In this document: positions 20,892 through 31,465 of the stretch, piece by piece | Position numbering within the stretch: position 1 is the first letter of the stretch | Layout: every line of letters starts with the position of its first letter | Virus record (IMG/VR): IMGVR_UViG_3300034073_003340 | Coordinates: 248,001 to 312,000 of that record | DNA: 64,000 nt | Direction: 5' to 3' (one strand) | Notes under the pieces: generated by a model | Database searches by the model: none | What the model was told of the DNA's origin: nothing | Seen by the model: only the letters and a program-made list of their open reading frames with translations | Program-made: the position numbers and the translations under genes

Positions 20892-21544
20892 ACATCAACC
20901 AGAATTTCATCTGGGCAGTCTTCAAGAATAACCCGCTCCAACTCCAAGTTGGCTCTGGCAATCTTCATCTTCTTACGAGCCTGATGCGTGTAAAAGATGG
21001 TTCTGTAGTCAATTGATGCCAGGAAGGTTCTTCGACCAGCAAGATACTGATCCCTACCAAACTTGGAATACTCTCGCCAGATGTTGCGCGAATACTCAAG
21101 ATAGTGATGGTCGGGACAGAGGAAAACGTGCATATCAGCATCGTTCATCATCTTGAACTGATAGGGTAGATCGTTATCTACTTTATGATTTGCGGTCATG
21201 CGAATCATATCAGCAACATTGACAATAGACGATGCGCAGGCAATTCGGCGACGCTTGGCGTAATCCAGCCAAGCCTTGGCTGACATCTCTTCATTGTCTT
21301 TTCTATCCACATCATAAACTGAATCGTGGTAAAAAAGGGCTAACACAACTAATGCCTGCCAGCCATAATGAATATGAACGAACTTGACACATTCGTAAAT
21401 GTGTTGCCAAGTATGATAGAAACGACCGGGAGAGCTATAAGCCTTACGGAGTCTGAAATATTCTTTCCAATCAGGCCAAAGGCCCAGTTCCTTGTGAGCA
21501 AAGAACCAGGCCGGGGCCAACACCATGTCAAATTTCAGACTCAT
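20888..21544 (-). CDS. HD-superfamily metal-dependent phosphohydrolase
   Basis: YSSPGRFYHTWQHI, FYHDSVYD, DNEEMSA, DADM, IWREY. Confidence 0.85.
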   Translation of the reverse strand: MSLKFDMVLAPAWFFAHKELGLWPDWKEYFRLRKAYSSPGRFYHTWQHIYECVKFVHIHYGWQALVVLALFYHDSVYDVDRKDNEEMSAKAWLDYAKRRRIACASSIVNVADMIRMTANHKVDNDLPYQFKMMNDADMHVFLCPDHHYLEYSRNIWREYSKFGRDQYLAGRRTFLASIDYRTIFYTHQARKKMKIARANLELERVILEDCPDEILVDV

Positions 21545-21567
21545 TCGTATAACCTAGCGCAATTTGC

Positions 21568-23142
21568 CTATGAGTCAATATCGTATTGACGTAGCAGGGC
21601 AATTGTATTCTTCAGGCCGTAAGCTTGGGTAAAGGCTCCAAACCTCGGACCGTCACTTGACCCCAAGAGACATTCATAGAGGGCCCGGAACCAAGACCGT
21701 AGAGGTTCAAACCCATGCCGCTTGCCTACTTCATAGACCTGATACTGATAATGCTCTGCTGTCATATTTTCCAGCATACCAGAAAATCGCGCAGCAAGTT
21801 CGTTGAACGCTTGTCGTTCCTTACTTGTTGGCTCACGACGCTCACGATCAAATAGGCCCTTGTCAGCGGCATAGGCAATAACCTTGGGAGCCATCTCCTT
21901 GACATATTGAATTGTAGGTCCCGAAAGCTCGCGACCTTGCTCCAAATAAGCCAGCAACTTGTCGGGCTCTCGAGTTTGGCCCACAATAGCTAGATTCAGC
22001 ATGAGGCTATAGGAAATATCCTCTCCGAGCATTTCCGGATCCTTGATCTGAAAATGCCACGTCGCGTCGTCAGGAGTGATTTCAGCCTTCTGACATAACT
22101 TGATAAACTGATCCTCTAGCTGCGGAACCAAGTCTCTGTAGAGCTTCTTAGCAGCTCGTGGGTTTTGGAACATCAATAACATAAGCGACCCATGTGATCC
22201 ATAGGTCAACCATTCCTCAATAGTGAACCCGTTGCCCTTGCTCTTACTGATCTTGGCTCCGTGCTCATCTAGGAACAACTCATAGGTCAGGTTAAGAGGA
22301 GGAGTGCCGCCGAGGACACGACAGATCTCACTGGAAAGATTGACACTATCCATGAGATCCTTGCCAGACATTTCATAGTCCACGTCAAAAAACGTCCAGC
22401 GCATTGCCCAGTCAACATACCATTGAAGCTTGGCATTGCCATCATGTATATTGCGGAGACCCTCATGGCAGATAATGGTTCCTCGCTCCGCGCCTAGCGT
22501 AACACCGCTGTTGATTACTCGGCCTTGCTCACTCAGCGGCATGAACGGACTATATGTGGATCGACGTTCGTTCTTGAACGTGGGTAGTAGAATATTCAGA
22601 ATGGCCTGATAGTTGTCCCACACGCGATCCAGCATGTCGTTGAAGGCACCGGCCCAGTAGTATTCACTTGAACTCACCATCCCATAGCGAGCTCCCTGAT
22701 GAATGTTGCCAAGTGAGCTACCGTCGAATGATTGAAGAAGAGGCTCAACGAACCTGGCAAGCTTTTCATTGTTGGCTTGCCCAAAGCTAGCCTCTGGGAT
22801 ATCTTCATAGGGATATGGATTAGGGACATGCGTCAGCGGCTTGCCCAGATGCTCGTTCATCCACTCAGGCATATCATCGGGAACCTTACGAAGTGCGTCG
22901 TAATCGTCCGAAAACATAATGAGTCGAGTGCGATAGGCATGATTAGTAAGCTTATTGAAAGCTCGCATCACCCACAAAGTGCGGACAACCTCACCAAAGG
23001 TCCCAATATGTGGCGCCCCTGAGGGACCGTAGCCCGTCTCGAACGTCACCAAATCACCGGGCTTCTTTCCCTTCTTCTCGATATGAGCGAGAAGATTTCG
23101 GGCCTCTTGAAAGGGCCAAGCTCGCGCGTTGGTGACGTTCAT
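21568..23142 (-). CDS. lysS: Class I lysyl-tRNA synthetase
   Basis: AWPFQEA, FETGYGPSGAPHIGTFGE, DYEMSGKDL, KISKSKGN, GPRFG; start reassigned to ATG 23142. Confidence 0.97.
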   Translation of the reverse strand: MNVTNARAWPFQEARNLLAHIEKKGKKPGDLVTFETGYGPSGAPHIGTFGEVVRTLWVMRAFNKLTNHAYRTRLIMFSDDYDALRKVPDDMPEWMNEHLGKPLTHVPNPYPYEDIPEASFGQANNEKLARFVEPLLQSFDGSSLGNIHQGARYGMVSSSEYYWAGAFNDMLDRVWDNYQAILNILLPTFKNERRSTYSPFMPLSEQGRVINSGVTLGAERGTIICHEGLRNIHDGNAKLQWYVDWAMRWTFFDVDYEMSGKDLMDSVNLSSEICRVLGGTPPLNLTYELFLDEHGAKISKSKGNGFTIEEWLTYGSHGSLMLLMFQNPRAAKKLYRDLVPQLEDQFIKLCQKAEITPDDATWHFQIKDPEMLGEDISYSLMLNLAIVGQTREPDKLLAYLEQGRELSGPTIQYVKEMAPKVIAYAADKGLFDRERREPTSKERQAFNELAARFSGMLENMTAEHYQYQVYEVGKRHGFEPLRSWFRALYECLLGSSDGPRFGAFTQAYGLKNTIALLRQYDIDS

Positions 23143-23202
23143 TTTCTTTTCCTCTTGACTTCTCGAGAATACGATACGTGATACCACCGAGAAGTCAATC
23201 AT

Positions 23203-23607
23203 TTAGGCAAGGTGATAAGTCTCGACCACCTTCTTTTCAACCTTGCCCATATCGATCAGTATCGGGAGCCAGTTGCGATCGATTTCAGCAGCAGTTTCCG
23301 GCTTTACCACACTATAATGGCGATAGCGCTCGATCTGAACAGCAACAACCCGATCCAGGAGCTCGTCGATATTGAACACCTGATCCAGAACTGAATATCG
23401 TCCTTCGATCACGATCTGAAGCTTGGGCGCGTCAACAACACGGAGGGTGATATTCCCTTCCTTGTAAAAGCCGTTCAACTTGAGCTGAAAACCCTTGGTT
23501 TCATCATAGGAGACCTCATTGGGGATCCTCGATAGAATGGGCGAGAGGGCAGTGAGAACTTGCGCAAACGCCTGGGCACGAGCTTGAATCATTAAAATCT
23601 CCATCAT
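23203..23607 (-). CDS. Hypothetical phage protein
   Basis: Early promoter at ~23620-23648. Confidence 0.6.
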   Translation of the reverse strand: MMEILMIQARAQAFAQVLTALSPILSRIPNEVSYDETKGFQLKLNGFYKEGNITLRVVDAPKLQIVIEGRYSVLDQVFNIDELLDRVVAVQIERYRHYSVVKPETAAEIDRNWLPILIDMGKVEKKVVETYHLA

Positions 23608-23644
23608 TGCTGTTGTCCTAATTCTAACACAAGCTGGTGAATTG

Positions 23645-24115
23645 TCAATACCAGTATATATTCCTAGACCAATGACGCCGCTTTTGTTTTCCAAGAATCT
23701 TTTTATTCAGCTTATTGTCTGGCTTCTTTCGCAGGGTAGATGGATCAAGGTCCAAATCTGGCCATTTGTCAATTTTGGTTTCCAAACATCTAGCCATCTT
23801 GTTGAGATAAGATCGCATATTCAAAATATTGGCATTGTATTCCTTTGAACGTTTGATATCCATCATAAATCTGGATTGGTCGAATGGTTTGGTAGCTGGA
23901 AGGTCACCTTTTGGGTTTCTAGCAGCTAGCTCACACTGTTCCAATTCAGTTCTAGTTTTGATATATCGCTTCAAATGCTTTTCAACGGACCAATACTCGC
24001 AAAGTCTTAGCATAATGCCCATGACTTTCTCATGCGCAGACTCAACCCCTGCCTCCTTCAAAGCTTCTATAATTTTCAGGGGATCGTTATAAATCTGCTT
24101 CAAACTGGGGCGCAT
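23645..24115 (-). CDS. Hypothetical protein
   Basis: ORF track; tiling. Confidence 0.5.
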   Translation of the reverse strand: MRPSLKQIYNDPLKIIEALKEAGVESAHEKVMGIMLRLCEYWSVEKHLKRYIKTRTELEQCELAARNPKGDLPATKPFDQSRFMMDIKRSKEYNANILNMRSYLNKMARCLETKIDKWPDLDLDPSTLRKKPDNKLNKKILGKQKRRHWSRNIYWY

Positions 24116-24764
24116 GGTTTAACCTTGATTGGGTGCTCAATAGCACTACTGACACTCAACTAGATTACATAACAGGCTACTCAGAGTCAATTTTGAAAGG
24201 ATTGCTATTTTCGGCAAGAATATTCAAAATTGCCTGTCTGATGTCAGCATTTTGCTTGGCTTCTTTGATAATAGTAACCGAAAGAACGGTAAGCCAGAAC
24301 TCCCGATCATCGCCGTAGCCATATGGTCCACGATTACGTGTCGTTTCTTTTATCAGTCCTACTTTTTTTCAAGAGGTCAAAAGCACTTTCGATCTCTGGT
24401 TTCCGTAGCCAATAGCTGGCATAACTATGTGTTTCTCCGGTTACCGCTTCTCGGATCTCCTGGCCATTTGCCATTGTCGGATCCGATTGACCTGACAGCT
24501 TTTTATAGACACATTGGTCTTTGATTGCCATAAAGATTGATAGAGCCGTCTGATGAGATCCGTAGGTTGATTTACCAAACATCCAACGGTAATCGGAGTG
24601 AATAAACACTCGAGTCTCAATCATACGTTTGACAAAATCTGCGGTCTTTTCGGTCATGAGATTTTGTTAGCACAGGTTGATTTTTTGTCATCCTAATATT
24701 GAAAATAAGGTTAAGTATATCATACAATGAAATTTGGTCGCGCAACTAAGGATAGTTTGAAATA

Positions 24765-25067
24765 ATGTCTGGTCTGAAGATTAAACAAATCAGCAACTCA
24801 GGGTCACCGCCAGACTCCTACATTGCTTTCAACGGCGCAATGAATGTGTGGCAGAAGATCCGCCATGTGGTTGAATTCACTTCTGCTGATTTGGTTAATG
24901 GAGTCCTGACTGTTCAACATGATCTTGGGCGCAAATACGTAGTGGTAACAGTATATGACGAAGATGACGCACAGATAATTGCCGATCAAGTGCGAGTCTT
25001 TGACAATATGGTTGAGATTACCCTGAATAGCTTCAATGTTACCAACTGGGTTGCTATTATTTCATAA
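24765..25067 (+). CDS. Virion structural protein (tail-fibre-associated small domain)
   Basis: NGVLTVQHDLG...VYDE is similar to the C-terminus of the next ORF. Confidence 0.6.
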   Translation: MSGLKIKQISNSGSPPDSYIAFNGAMNVWQKIRHVVEFTSADLVNGVLTVQHDLGRKYVVVTVYDEDDAQIIADQVRVFDNMVEITLNSFNVTNWVAIIS

Positions 25068-25127
25068 CTCCTAGTTTAGCACCTCGGAAAGTCGCTAAAT
25101 ATAGCGACTATTTCCGAGGGGTTTTGA

Positions 25128-26243
25128 ATGAAAACTGGTCTTATCACCCAGATCGGCGCTATAACAACGGCGTCAGGATCATCCGTTGGTGCATCTGGAA
25201 CCAATCTTAATTTCAATTTGGGATCTGGCAATCCATCCGGTAACTCATCCGGTGGGAGCCTACGAATCAAGCCAGGCGCTTCGTCCGGTAGTGGTTCCGG
25301 GGGTAGTGTTGACATCCTACCCTTCAACACTTCAAATGGATCGACTTCTGCCCTAAAGTTCTTTGGAACAAACTCTACAAATTTTGTTGCGCTAAAGGCT
25401 CCTGATTCTCCAACCAACACCGTTTGGACTCTACCGGATACAGACGGCGGCACCGGACAAGTTCTTCAAACAAACGGATCTGGGACACTGTCATGGATTG
25501 ATGTTCCGCTATCTGCTTCTTTTGCTGCCAATACTGGCTTGATCTTCTTGGATTTCAGTGTTGACACCTTGGCCATAGATGGCGGACCCGGTATTAATAC
25601 CGTTGCCAGTCAGGGCACCAGCAATAAGGTCGAAATAAGCCTAACCCGCAGTAATCTTCCAGCCAAATCAACTCCAGTTTCTGCTGACCAAGTTTTGATC
25701 TTCAATAGCGCCTCAAGTAACGCTCCTTCTTACTCCACGATATCGTCTCTTTTAAGCGGTCTGAATATTGTGACAGCTTCTTCTAACGGTTATCTAGTTA
25801 GAACAGCAGCTAACACCTATACTTCAAGATTGATCATAGCTAGCACTACCGCAGGACAGCAAGGTATTGTAATAACCAATGGAAACGGTGGTGTAGGAGA
25901 CACCTCGATTGGTCTTAGTATCAATAGCCTAACCACTGGTTCAGTCAGTTCAACAACTACAATACCAGCATTCAACGGTACAAATAATGTCAAGATCAGT
26001 CCGGCACAGATCACCGCTTCTCGTATTGTCAGAGCGCAGTTTGAGATTTCAAATATAACTAACGGAGTCCTGTCAGTTTCTCATCAGTTGAATGTGGGCA
26101 GTGTCTTGGTTCAGATATATGATGAAAACAATAGATTGGTTCAACCTGACGAAATAACTCTAGTGAATAACAATACTGTATCAGTTGACTTGAGTTCTTT
26201 TTCTCCCATTAGTGGGGCTTGGTCCTATATAATTTTTGGATAA
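25128..26243 (+). CDS. Tail fibre / virion structural protein
   Basis: G/S/T/N-rich; LPDTDGGTGQVLQTNGSGTLSW fibre motif; TAAATA upstream. Confidence 0.7.
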   Translation: MKTGLITQIGAITTASGSSVGASGTNLNFNLGSGNPSGNSSGGSLRIKPGASSGSGSGGSVDILPFNTSNGSTSALKFFGTNSTNFVALKAPDSPTNTVWTLPDTDGGTGQVLQTNGSGTLSWIDVPLSASFAANTGLIFLDFSVDTLAIDGGPGINTVASQGTSNKVEISLTRSNLPAKSTPVSADQVLIFNSASSNAPSYSTISSLLSGLNIVTASSNGYLVRTAANTYTSRLIIASTTAGQQGIVITNGNGGVGDTSIGLSINSLTTGSVSSTTTIPAFNGTNNVKISPAQITASRIVRAQFEISNITNGVLSVSHQLNVGSVLVQIYDENNRLVQPDEITLVNNNTVSVDLSSFSPISGAWSYIIFG

Positions 26244-26252
26244 GGATAGAAT

Positions 26253-27608
26253 ATGCGTGTAGGAAAAGAAAACGGTCTTCTGTTACCAAACACCAATGGT
26301 GGTGTAGGTCAGGTTCTATTCAGTCAAGGTAACGGGAACGTTTCGTGGGGAACTCCTGATCCTGCGGCTATCGGTGCTGTCACAATCGCCACCACTCAAA
26401 CCGTAACTGGACAGAAAACTTTCTCGGCCTCGCAGACTAATTTTGGTTCATCGGGAGGGGCAATCCTCAACACATCAGGAAACCAGATAGTTTTTCAACA
26501 AACTGGATCTTCTAGCGGAACATCTCGTCTAACCCTGACCAACGACTTTCAGAGGAACGGAGCCGTATTTGAACAGGTTGGCGGCCCAGATCTAGTAGAC
26601 TTTGCCTTCCTGACCCAAACAGGTCAAGGTAACGTTCGTTATGAGAGAAGATCAAGCAATTTCCGGGAAGGTGGTACCACCTTTGAATTCCAGATAGGAA
26701 CACCTGATAGCCCAGAGCTAGTGGTAGCCAACAACAGCGTAACCGTAAAAGCTGGAATGCCTTTGAAAGCAGGTAATGTCAGGTTAGATGAGGAAGTCCC
26801 AAGTGTTTCAGCAGAGAACTCAGTTACTCTGGGAGCTCGCAATCTAGCTGGAAGAATGATGCCAGCTTTTATTGGACCAAGTGGCCTAGATGCCACTCTA
26901 CAGGCTCATATTGGTCGAAACAAAATTAGTATGTTGATGCCAATTGTTGGTGCGTCTGCTCCTAGCCTTTGGGGTTTGGCGGCACAGGCTATAATTGGAA
27001 CTGCGGGATCTAGGACAATAGCAAGCACCAGTCTTCTCGCAAGCTTGAGAAGAATCGGGTATCTAAGCGGAACATCATCCACCTCCGGTGCTGGCTATCG
27101 AAATCCAACCCTTCAGTGGTGGAGAGGCAACTTCCCCAACGCCGGTGGATTTCATTATCATCATACCTTTGGTATAGTGGATTCAACCGTCAATGGAAGC
27201 AAGAGAATGTTTGTAGGAATGCTAGGTTCAACTGCTGCGCCAACCAACGTTCAACCCAACACTATCCTGAATACCCTGGGAGTTTGTAAGATGGCAGGAT
27301 CTAACAATATGCAGATGGTGTGTAACTCAGGTAGCGGTACGGGAACACTTGTTGATCTTGGATCTAATTTTCCAGCAACTGGTAGCAATTTGGTTTATAC
27401 CCTCTCGCTATTCTCACCACCAAACGGCAGCTTTGTGGGATGGAGACTGGATAGACAAGATCAGACATTCACGGCATCTGGAGTTTTCAATTCAAATATT
27501 CCGGCATCAGATCAATTTTTGACTACATCAGCGTGGGCCGTGACCAACGTGACTGGGCCAACAGTGTCTATTGAGTTAATTAACTTTTACGTTGAAACAG
27601 ACAACTGA
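26253..27608 (+). CDS. Tail fibre / receptor-binding-like protein
   Basis: LPNTNGGVGQVLFSQGNGNVSW, QTVTGQKTF motifs, beta-rich C-terminus. Confidence 0.7.
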   Translation: MRVGKENGLLLPNTNGGVGQVLFSQGNGNVSWGTPDPAAIGAVTIATTQTVTGQKTFSASQTNFGSSGGAILNTSGNQIVFQQTGSSSGTSRLTLTNDFQRNGAVFEQVGGPDLVDFAFLTQTGQGNVRYERRSSNFREGGTTFEFQIGTPDSPELVVANNSVTVKAGMPLKAGNVRLDEEVPSVSAENSVTLGARNLAGRMMPAFIGPSGLDATLQAHIGRNKISMLMPIVGASAPSLWGLAAQAIIGTAGSRTIASTSLLASLRRIGYLSGTSSTSGAGYRNPTLQWWRGNFPNAGGFHYHHTFGIVDSTVNGSKRMFVGMLGSTAAPTNVQPNTILNTLGVCKMAGSNNMQMVCNSGSGTGTLVDLGSNFPATGSNLVYTLSLFSPPNGSFVGWRLDRQDQTFTASGVFNSNIPASDQFLTTSAWAVTNVTGPTVSIELINFYVETDN

Positions 27609-27640
27609 AGATATGGCGGGCAAAGCCCGCCATATCTTCA
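27606..27640. terminator. Bidirectional hairpin terminator
   Basis: TGAAGATATGGCGGGC-AAA-GCCCGCCATATCTTCA between convergent genes. Confidence 0.8.
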
Positions 27641-28109
27641 ATAAACGTCTTAGAGAACGATCTAGTCGTCAACCGTCGCTACATACACAACCTTGAGATA
27701 CGGGCTCTCAAGGGATCTCAGAACATCAGCGGCCCCTTCGATATTGTCGATTTTATCAGCTTCATCGACGACCACTATGCCGCATTTTGCGAGAGCCAGT
27801 TCACGAATATGCTCGGCATCAATACAGTGCGGCAGACGGATACAAGTGACGGGAAAATGATACTTGGCTTCATTGCTCATTCGAACGAGCTGGTCCATAA
27901 CGTGGGTAAAGATCCCATACGCCGGTTTCTTGTTGATATGAACGCTATTGGTGGTGCCGTAGATCAGTTCGATCAATGCTGCGTTGACCTGTGAAAGGGA
28001 AATTTTGTCATTTTCAACCGCGTTCACCAAAAGCATTTCGATCTCCTGTTCATGTGCCTATGTCTGGGTTTTAATGGATTCTGGTTAAATGTCAACCAGA
28101 ATCCATTAA

Positions 28110-28637
28110 TCAATATTCACGATCAGTGTCGGCATAGACCTTGTTGGTGGTGATTTCAGCCCTATAGATACCGGGCGTACCACCTGAGGCAATAAAGGAG
28201 AACTGATCATCCCTGGTGGTGTGGCGGCCGGCTGGCAAATTCAACGTGATGATATGATCCTCGCGTCGAATATAATCGCAGCTCTGCAGGGGTTGATCAT
28301 ATGAATCACACCGATAAAGGATGCCCGACAATTCGGCCGTTTCTACAAGATATTCCGAATTGTTGACAAACTTCCAATTGATACGAAACATTGGGCTAAT
28401 GTCAGCCGGACGATTTCCGTCCATTTCGTCCAACATGGGAGTGCTCACTGAAAACTCATACTGGTCTTCAGTGAGGACCTTGGAAGTCCACCACGAATCC
28501 CAGAGAAAAGTCGAAAGTGCGATTGACACAATGATCAGGAATAGAATCCTGAATGTCTGGAACGTTGACAGAAATCCTACGAAAAGGCCGGTAGCGATTG
28601 CTGCGCCCCAACCTTCGTTCTTTGACTTTGCCACCAT
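28110..28637 (-). CDS. Hypothetical membrane protein
   Basis: N-terminal hydrophobic segments; early promoter. Confidence 0.6.
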   Translation of the reverse strand: MVAKSKNEGWGAAIATGLFVGFLSTFQTFRILFLIIVSIALSTFLWDSWWTSKVLTEDQYEFSVSTPMLDEMDGNRPADISPMFRINWKFVNNSEYLVETAELSGILYRCDSYDQPLQSCDYIRREDHIITLNLPAGRHTTRDDQFSFIASGGTPGIYRAEITTNKVYADTDREY

Positions 28638-28821
28638 GATCTCCTCGTGTCTGCCTATAAACCAGAGTTAGCATAGAATGATCATATGTCAACCAGAAAG
28701 GAGAACCCTGCCTTTTGGGCAGGGTTCTCATCCTCGGGATGGGTGGGCGAGGATTGGGTTTTGTCAACAAGGAGTATCGACAGATATCTTCTGCTGTCTG
28801 CAGAAGAGTTTGTCAACAGCC

Positions 28822-29187
28822 TTATACGTTGAGGGTGAACTCAACAGTGATATAGAGATCCGCTGATCCTTGAATTTTTAGGTCGGAGCCGATTCTGTTG
28901 GCGGCAAGCGCATTGGCAAATCTGAGAAGGTGCGCCAGTGGCATCCCCGAACCCGTGTCTATCTTCACCTCAACGATGTTTGCTTCGTCAATATGGATAG
29001 GATAGTTGTCTACCAGATCGATACCGATCTTGCGAGCAATGCGCTTGATGTTTTGCTCGACATTCCTCTCCCACACACGAGAATCGGCGTTGGATTCAAC
29101 ATCAGATGATGTGATGTTAACCTGCGAGTCTTCAACCAGGAGGCTCTTTAGCCCAGCAAGTTGTAAAAGTCTATCGTGATCTGACAT
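28822..29187 (-). CDS. Putative virion (head) protein
   Basis: N-terminal RLLQLAGL motif, which I associate with jumbo-phage head proteins. Confidence 0.45.
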   Translation of the reverse strand: MSDHDRLLQLAGLKSLLVEDSQVNITSSDVESNADSRVWERNVEQNIKRIARKIGIDLVDNYPIHIDEANIVEVKIDTGSGMPLAHLLRFANALAANRIGSDLKIQGSADLYITVEFTLNV

Positions 29188-29306
29188 GAAAATCTCCATT
29201 CACCATTTTATCTACTTATCTGGTGAAAGGAAATCAACCACTTTCAGAATTTCAGTCAAAAGAAAGGCGGGCTTTGGTGCCCGCCTTTCTTGTAGCCCTG
29301 GAAAGG

Positions 29307-29657
29307 TTACGCGGTGGGTTCCGACACTGCGACTTCGGCGCCTTCGATCACGGACGTGTCACCTTCAGCAGCTTCGCCGGTGGTCATTGCGAACCAGCCA
29401 TACTTGTCGCTGCGCAGACCGAACGTGCTGGCGTCGGCCAGTTCGCCGGCAACGCCCAGCTTTTCCAGCTGCTTGTCGGTGATCTCGATCTTGGCAGTCT
29501 TGCCGCTGGTCACGATCTCGGTCAGAACGTGCGGGCCAGCCTTGCGATCAGTCGGACGCAGCATGAGAGCGCCGTCCTTGACGTCCAGACGAAGCTTGCC
29601 GCCCGTGCGGCCCTGGATAGCAGCGGTTGCCTGAGCGTTGAAATTCAGAATTCGCAT
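29307..29657 (-). CDS. Hypothetical protein, paralog of 31466-31759
   Basis: LRPTDRK and GLRSDKYGWFA shared; strong codon bias; GGAGA RBS. Confidence 0.75.
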   Translation of the reverse strand: MRILNFNAQATAAIQGRTGGKLRLDVKDGALMLRPTDRKAGPHVLTEIVTSGKTAKIEITDKQLEKLGVAGELADASTFGLRSDKYGWFAMTTGEAAEGDTSVIEGAEVAVSEPTA

Positions 29658-29887
29658 TTCGATCTCCATATTCTTTGTTACACAACAGCAATAGCTTGTT
29701 GTCTGAATTCATATTAGCTGAATTGCCCTAAACGTCAATACCTAGGAGCAGGATTTTTCATTCTTTTTAAGCTAGTTACACCTAGATACCTCAGAAATGC
29801 TTGTATCTCGGAAGATTTTTGAATCTTCCGAGATTCAAAAGATTGAAAAATATTGCGACGATCTTGCCGGTAAGCTATAAAGAGAGC

Positions 29888-30141
29888 ATGGGGTTTAGAA
29901 ATAAATCTCAGACTAGCAGCCCCGCTAAGTGGGAACCGTCTACCGGGTTACGGGGTAGGGCATATGACACGTGCCACACGAGTGTCAGCGATTGTGGACA
30001 TTGCCAAGGTTCCACCTCGGTTGTTGAGTAGAAACGCGGAAGGATGCTGATCCCCCTAAAAATAATCAGCACGGGGAAATCCGTCGAGGTCACCGAAGCC
30101 TCAAGAGCTCAGAATCGGATTAGTCAACCGATTCTGAGCTC
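29888..30141 (+). ncRNA. Orphan structured RNA candidate
   Basis: TTGCGA-N17-TATAAA promoter, several nested stems, H-type pseudoknot, strong terminator hairpin 30105-30141. Confidence 0.55.
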
Positions 30142-30159
30142 AATTTAGTAAATATGTTT

Positions 30160-30254
30160 GACGGAGACGCCTAATTGGTATGGGCGCTCACTCACATGGG
30201 CAGGCGTATCCAGAGTGAGAGTGTAGTAGGGTTCAAATCCTTACCCCGTCACCA
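30160..30254 (+). tRNA. tRNA-like RNA with expanded anticodon arm (undetermined)
   Basis: GACGG/CCGTC-ACCA acceptor, D arm, GGTTCAAATCC T arm; 7-bp CTCACTC/GAGTGAG stem closing 19 nt. Confidence 0.6.
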
Positions 30255-31465
30255 ACTGATTTCCACAATAGCACATTCAAGCTCTGATGGGACTAGACCT
30301 TCGCGAGGAACGATCCAGATGACTCGTTCTACTCGATATAAAGATTCGTTACAAAGATCAGTGCTACGGGCAAAATAATGGCCCCTTTCAGGAATTTGTG
30401 GCAGGAAGACAACTTCATCATTCCTGCCTGCCATTCGTAAAATGATTTTGATCATTTGACTTTAACAGTAGTCCTAAGAGAGACTATATTACAGTTAGGA
30501 CCAGCTTCTCGGCGCAGCTGGATTATTCCAGTCCGTACCTGCACCCAAAGTCAACATTACTTCAGGGACAGCGACATTGGACTCCCCGGGTTCAGGTAGA
30601 TATACCGACCACGTGACGTTCTGAATGAGATAGCTTGTTCCGTTGACGAAGATATATTTTCCTTCATCAGGGACTTGTGTCATCAACATTTGCCCCATTG
30701 GGGCAAAGAGGTCTGGGTTTGGATTGCCAGCATCTAAATCCTGTCGATGTTCGTCCATGGTTCTACGTCGACGAAAGTGGACGATAATATGAGGATCAAG
30801 TGTCATGAAGCAAAATCCGGATCAATAGCTCTGGGGTTTTCAACCGATGCGTCCCAACCCATACGATAATCCGCTGATCCGTTTTCATAACGACTCAACA
30901 GTTCTAGATGACCGTCTGCTCTATAGCGGGTTCCATCCATAAGTCCAGCCTGATATTCGGCTTGATTAACAGGCTGCGCGGTTTGAGAAATTAACTGTTT
31001 CATAACGTCAAGCTAACGGTAAGGATATTTTAGTCAAGACTTTTGTCTACTATCAACTCACCTTTTCTGTTACCCTTCATAATCAACCCATAATAGCTAA
31101 CCTCAAAACGATCCCACAATTTCAGACAAAGATCGTTTGAATGATCAAATCCATTGTATTGGGACTGACGCGTCTTGATATGATCAAAAGCAATCTTAAA
31201 GAGATCGTCTTTCTTCACAAAACGGCTATCAGTGGGAGGGAAGGTAAAGCGACCTACCATTATATTGTTTCTGAAAAGAGAAACAATATGATCGGGCATT
31301 AATATCTTTTGTTTGATTCTGCCATTTCTTAAGAACATATTATCCTCCTGTTATTTTACCCGAGTTTACATATCGGGTGTTAAAAGAACGTTAACAGGTA
31401 GATTTCTGTCACAGACAGAAACGGCGGCCCCCTACAACCGCCGTTCCCGCCGAATGGCTATTCGA

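Noticed and set aside
29888-30141. HEARO/omega RNA
   Set aside because: Only short word matches (GACTAGC, ACATTGCC); no IscB/TnpB/HNH gene is adjacent
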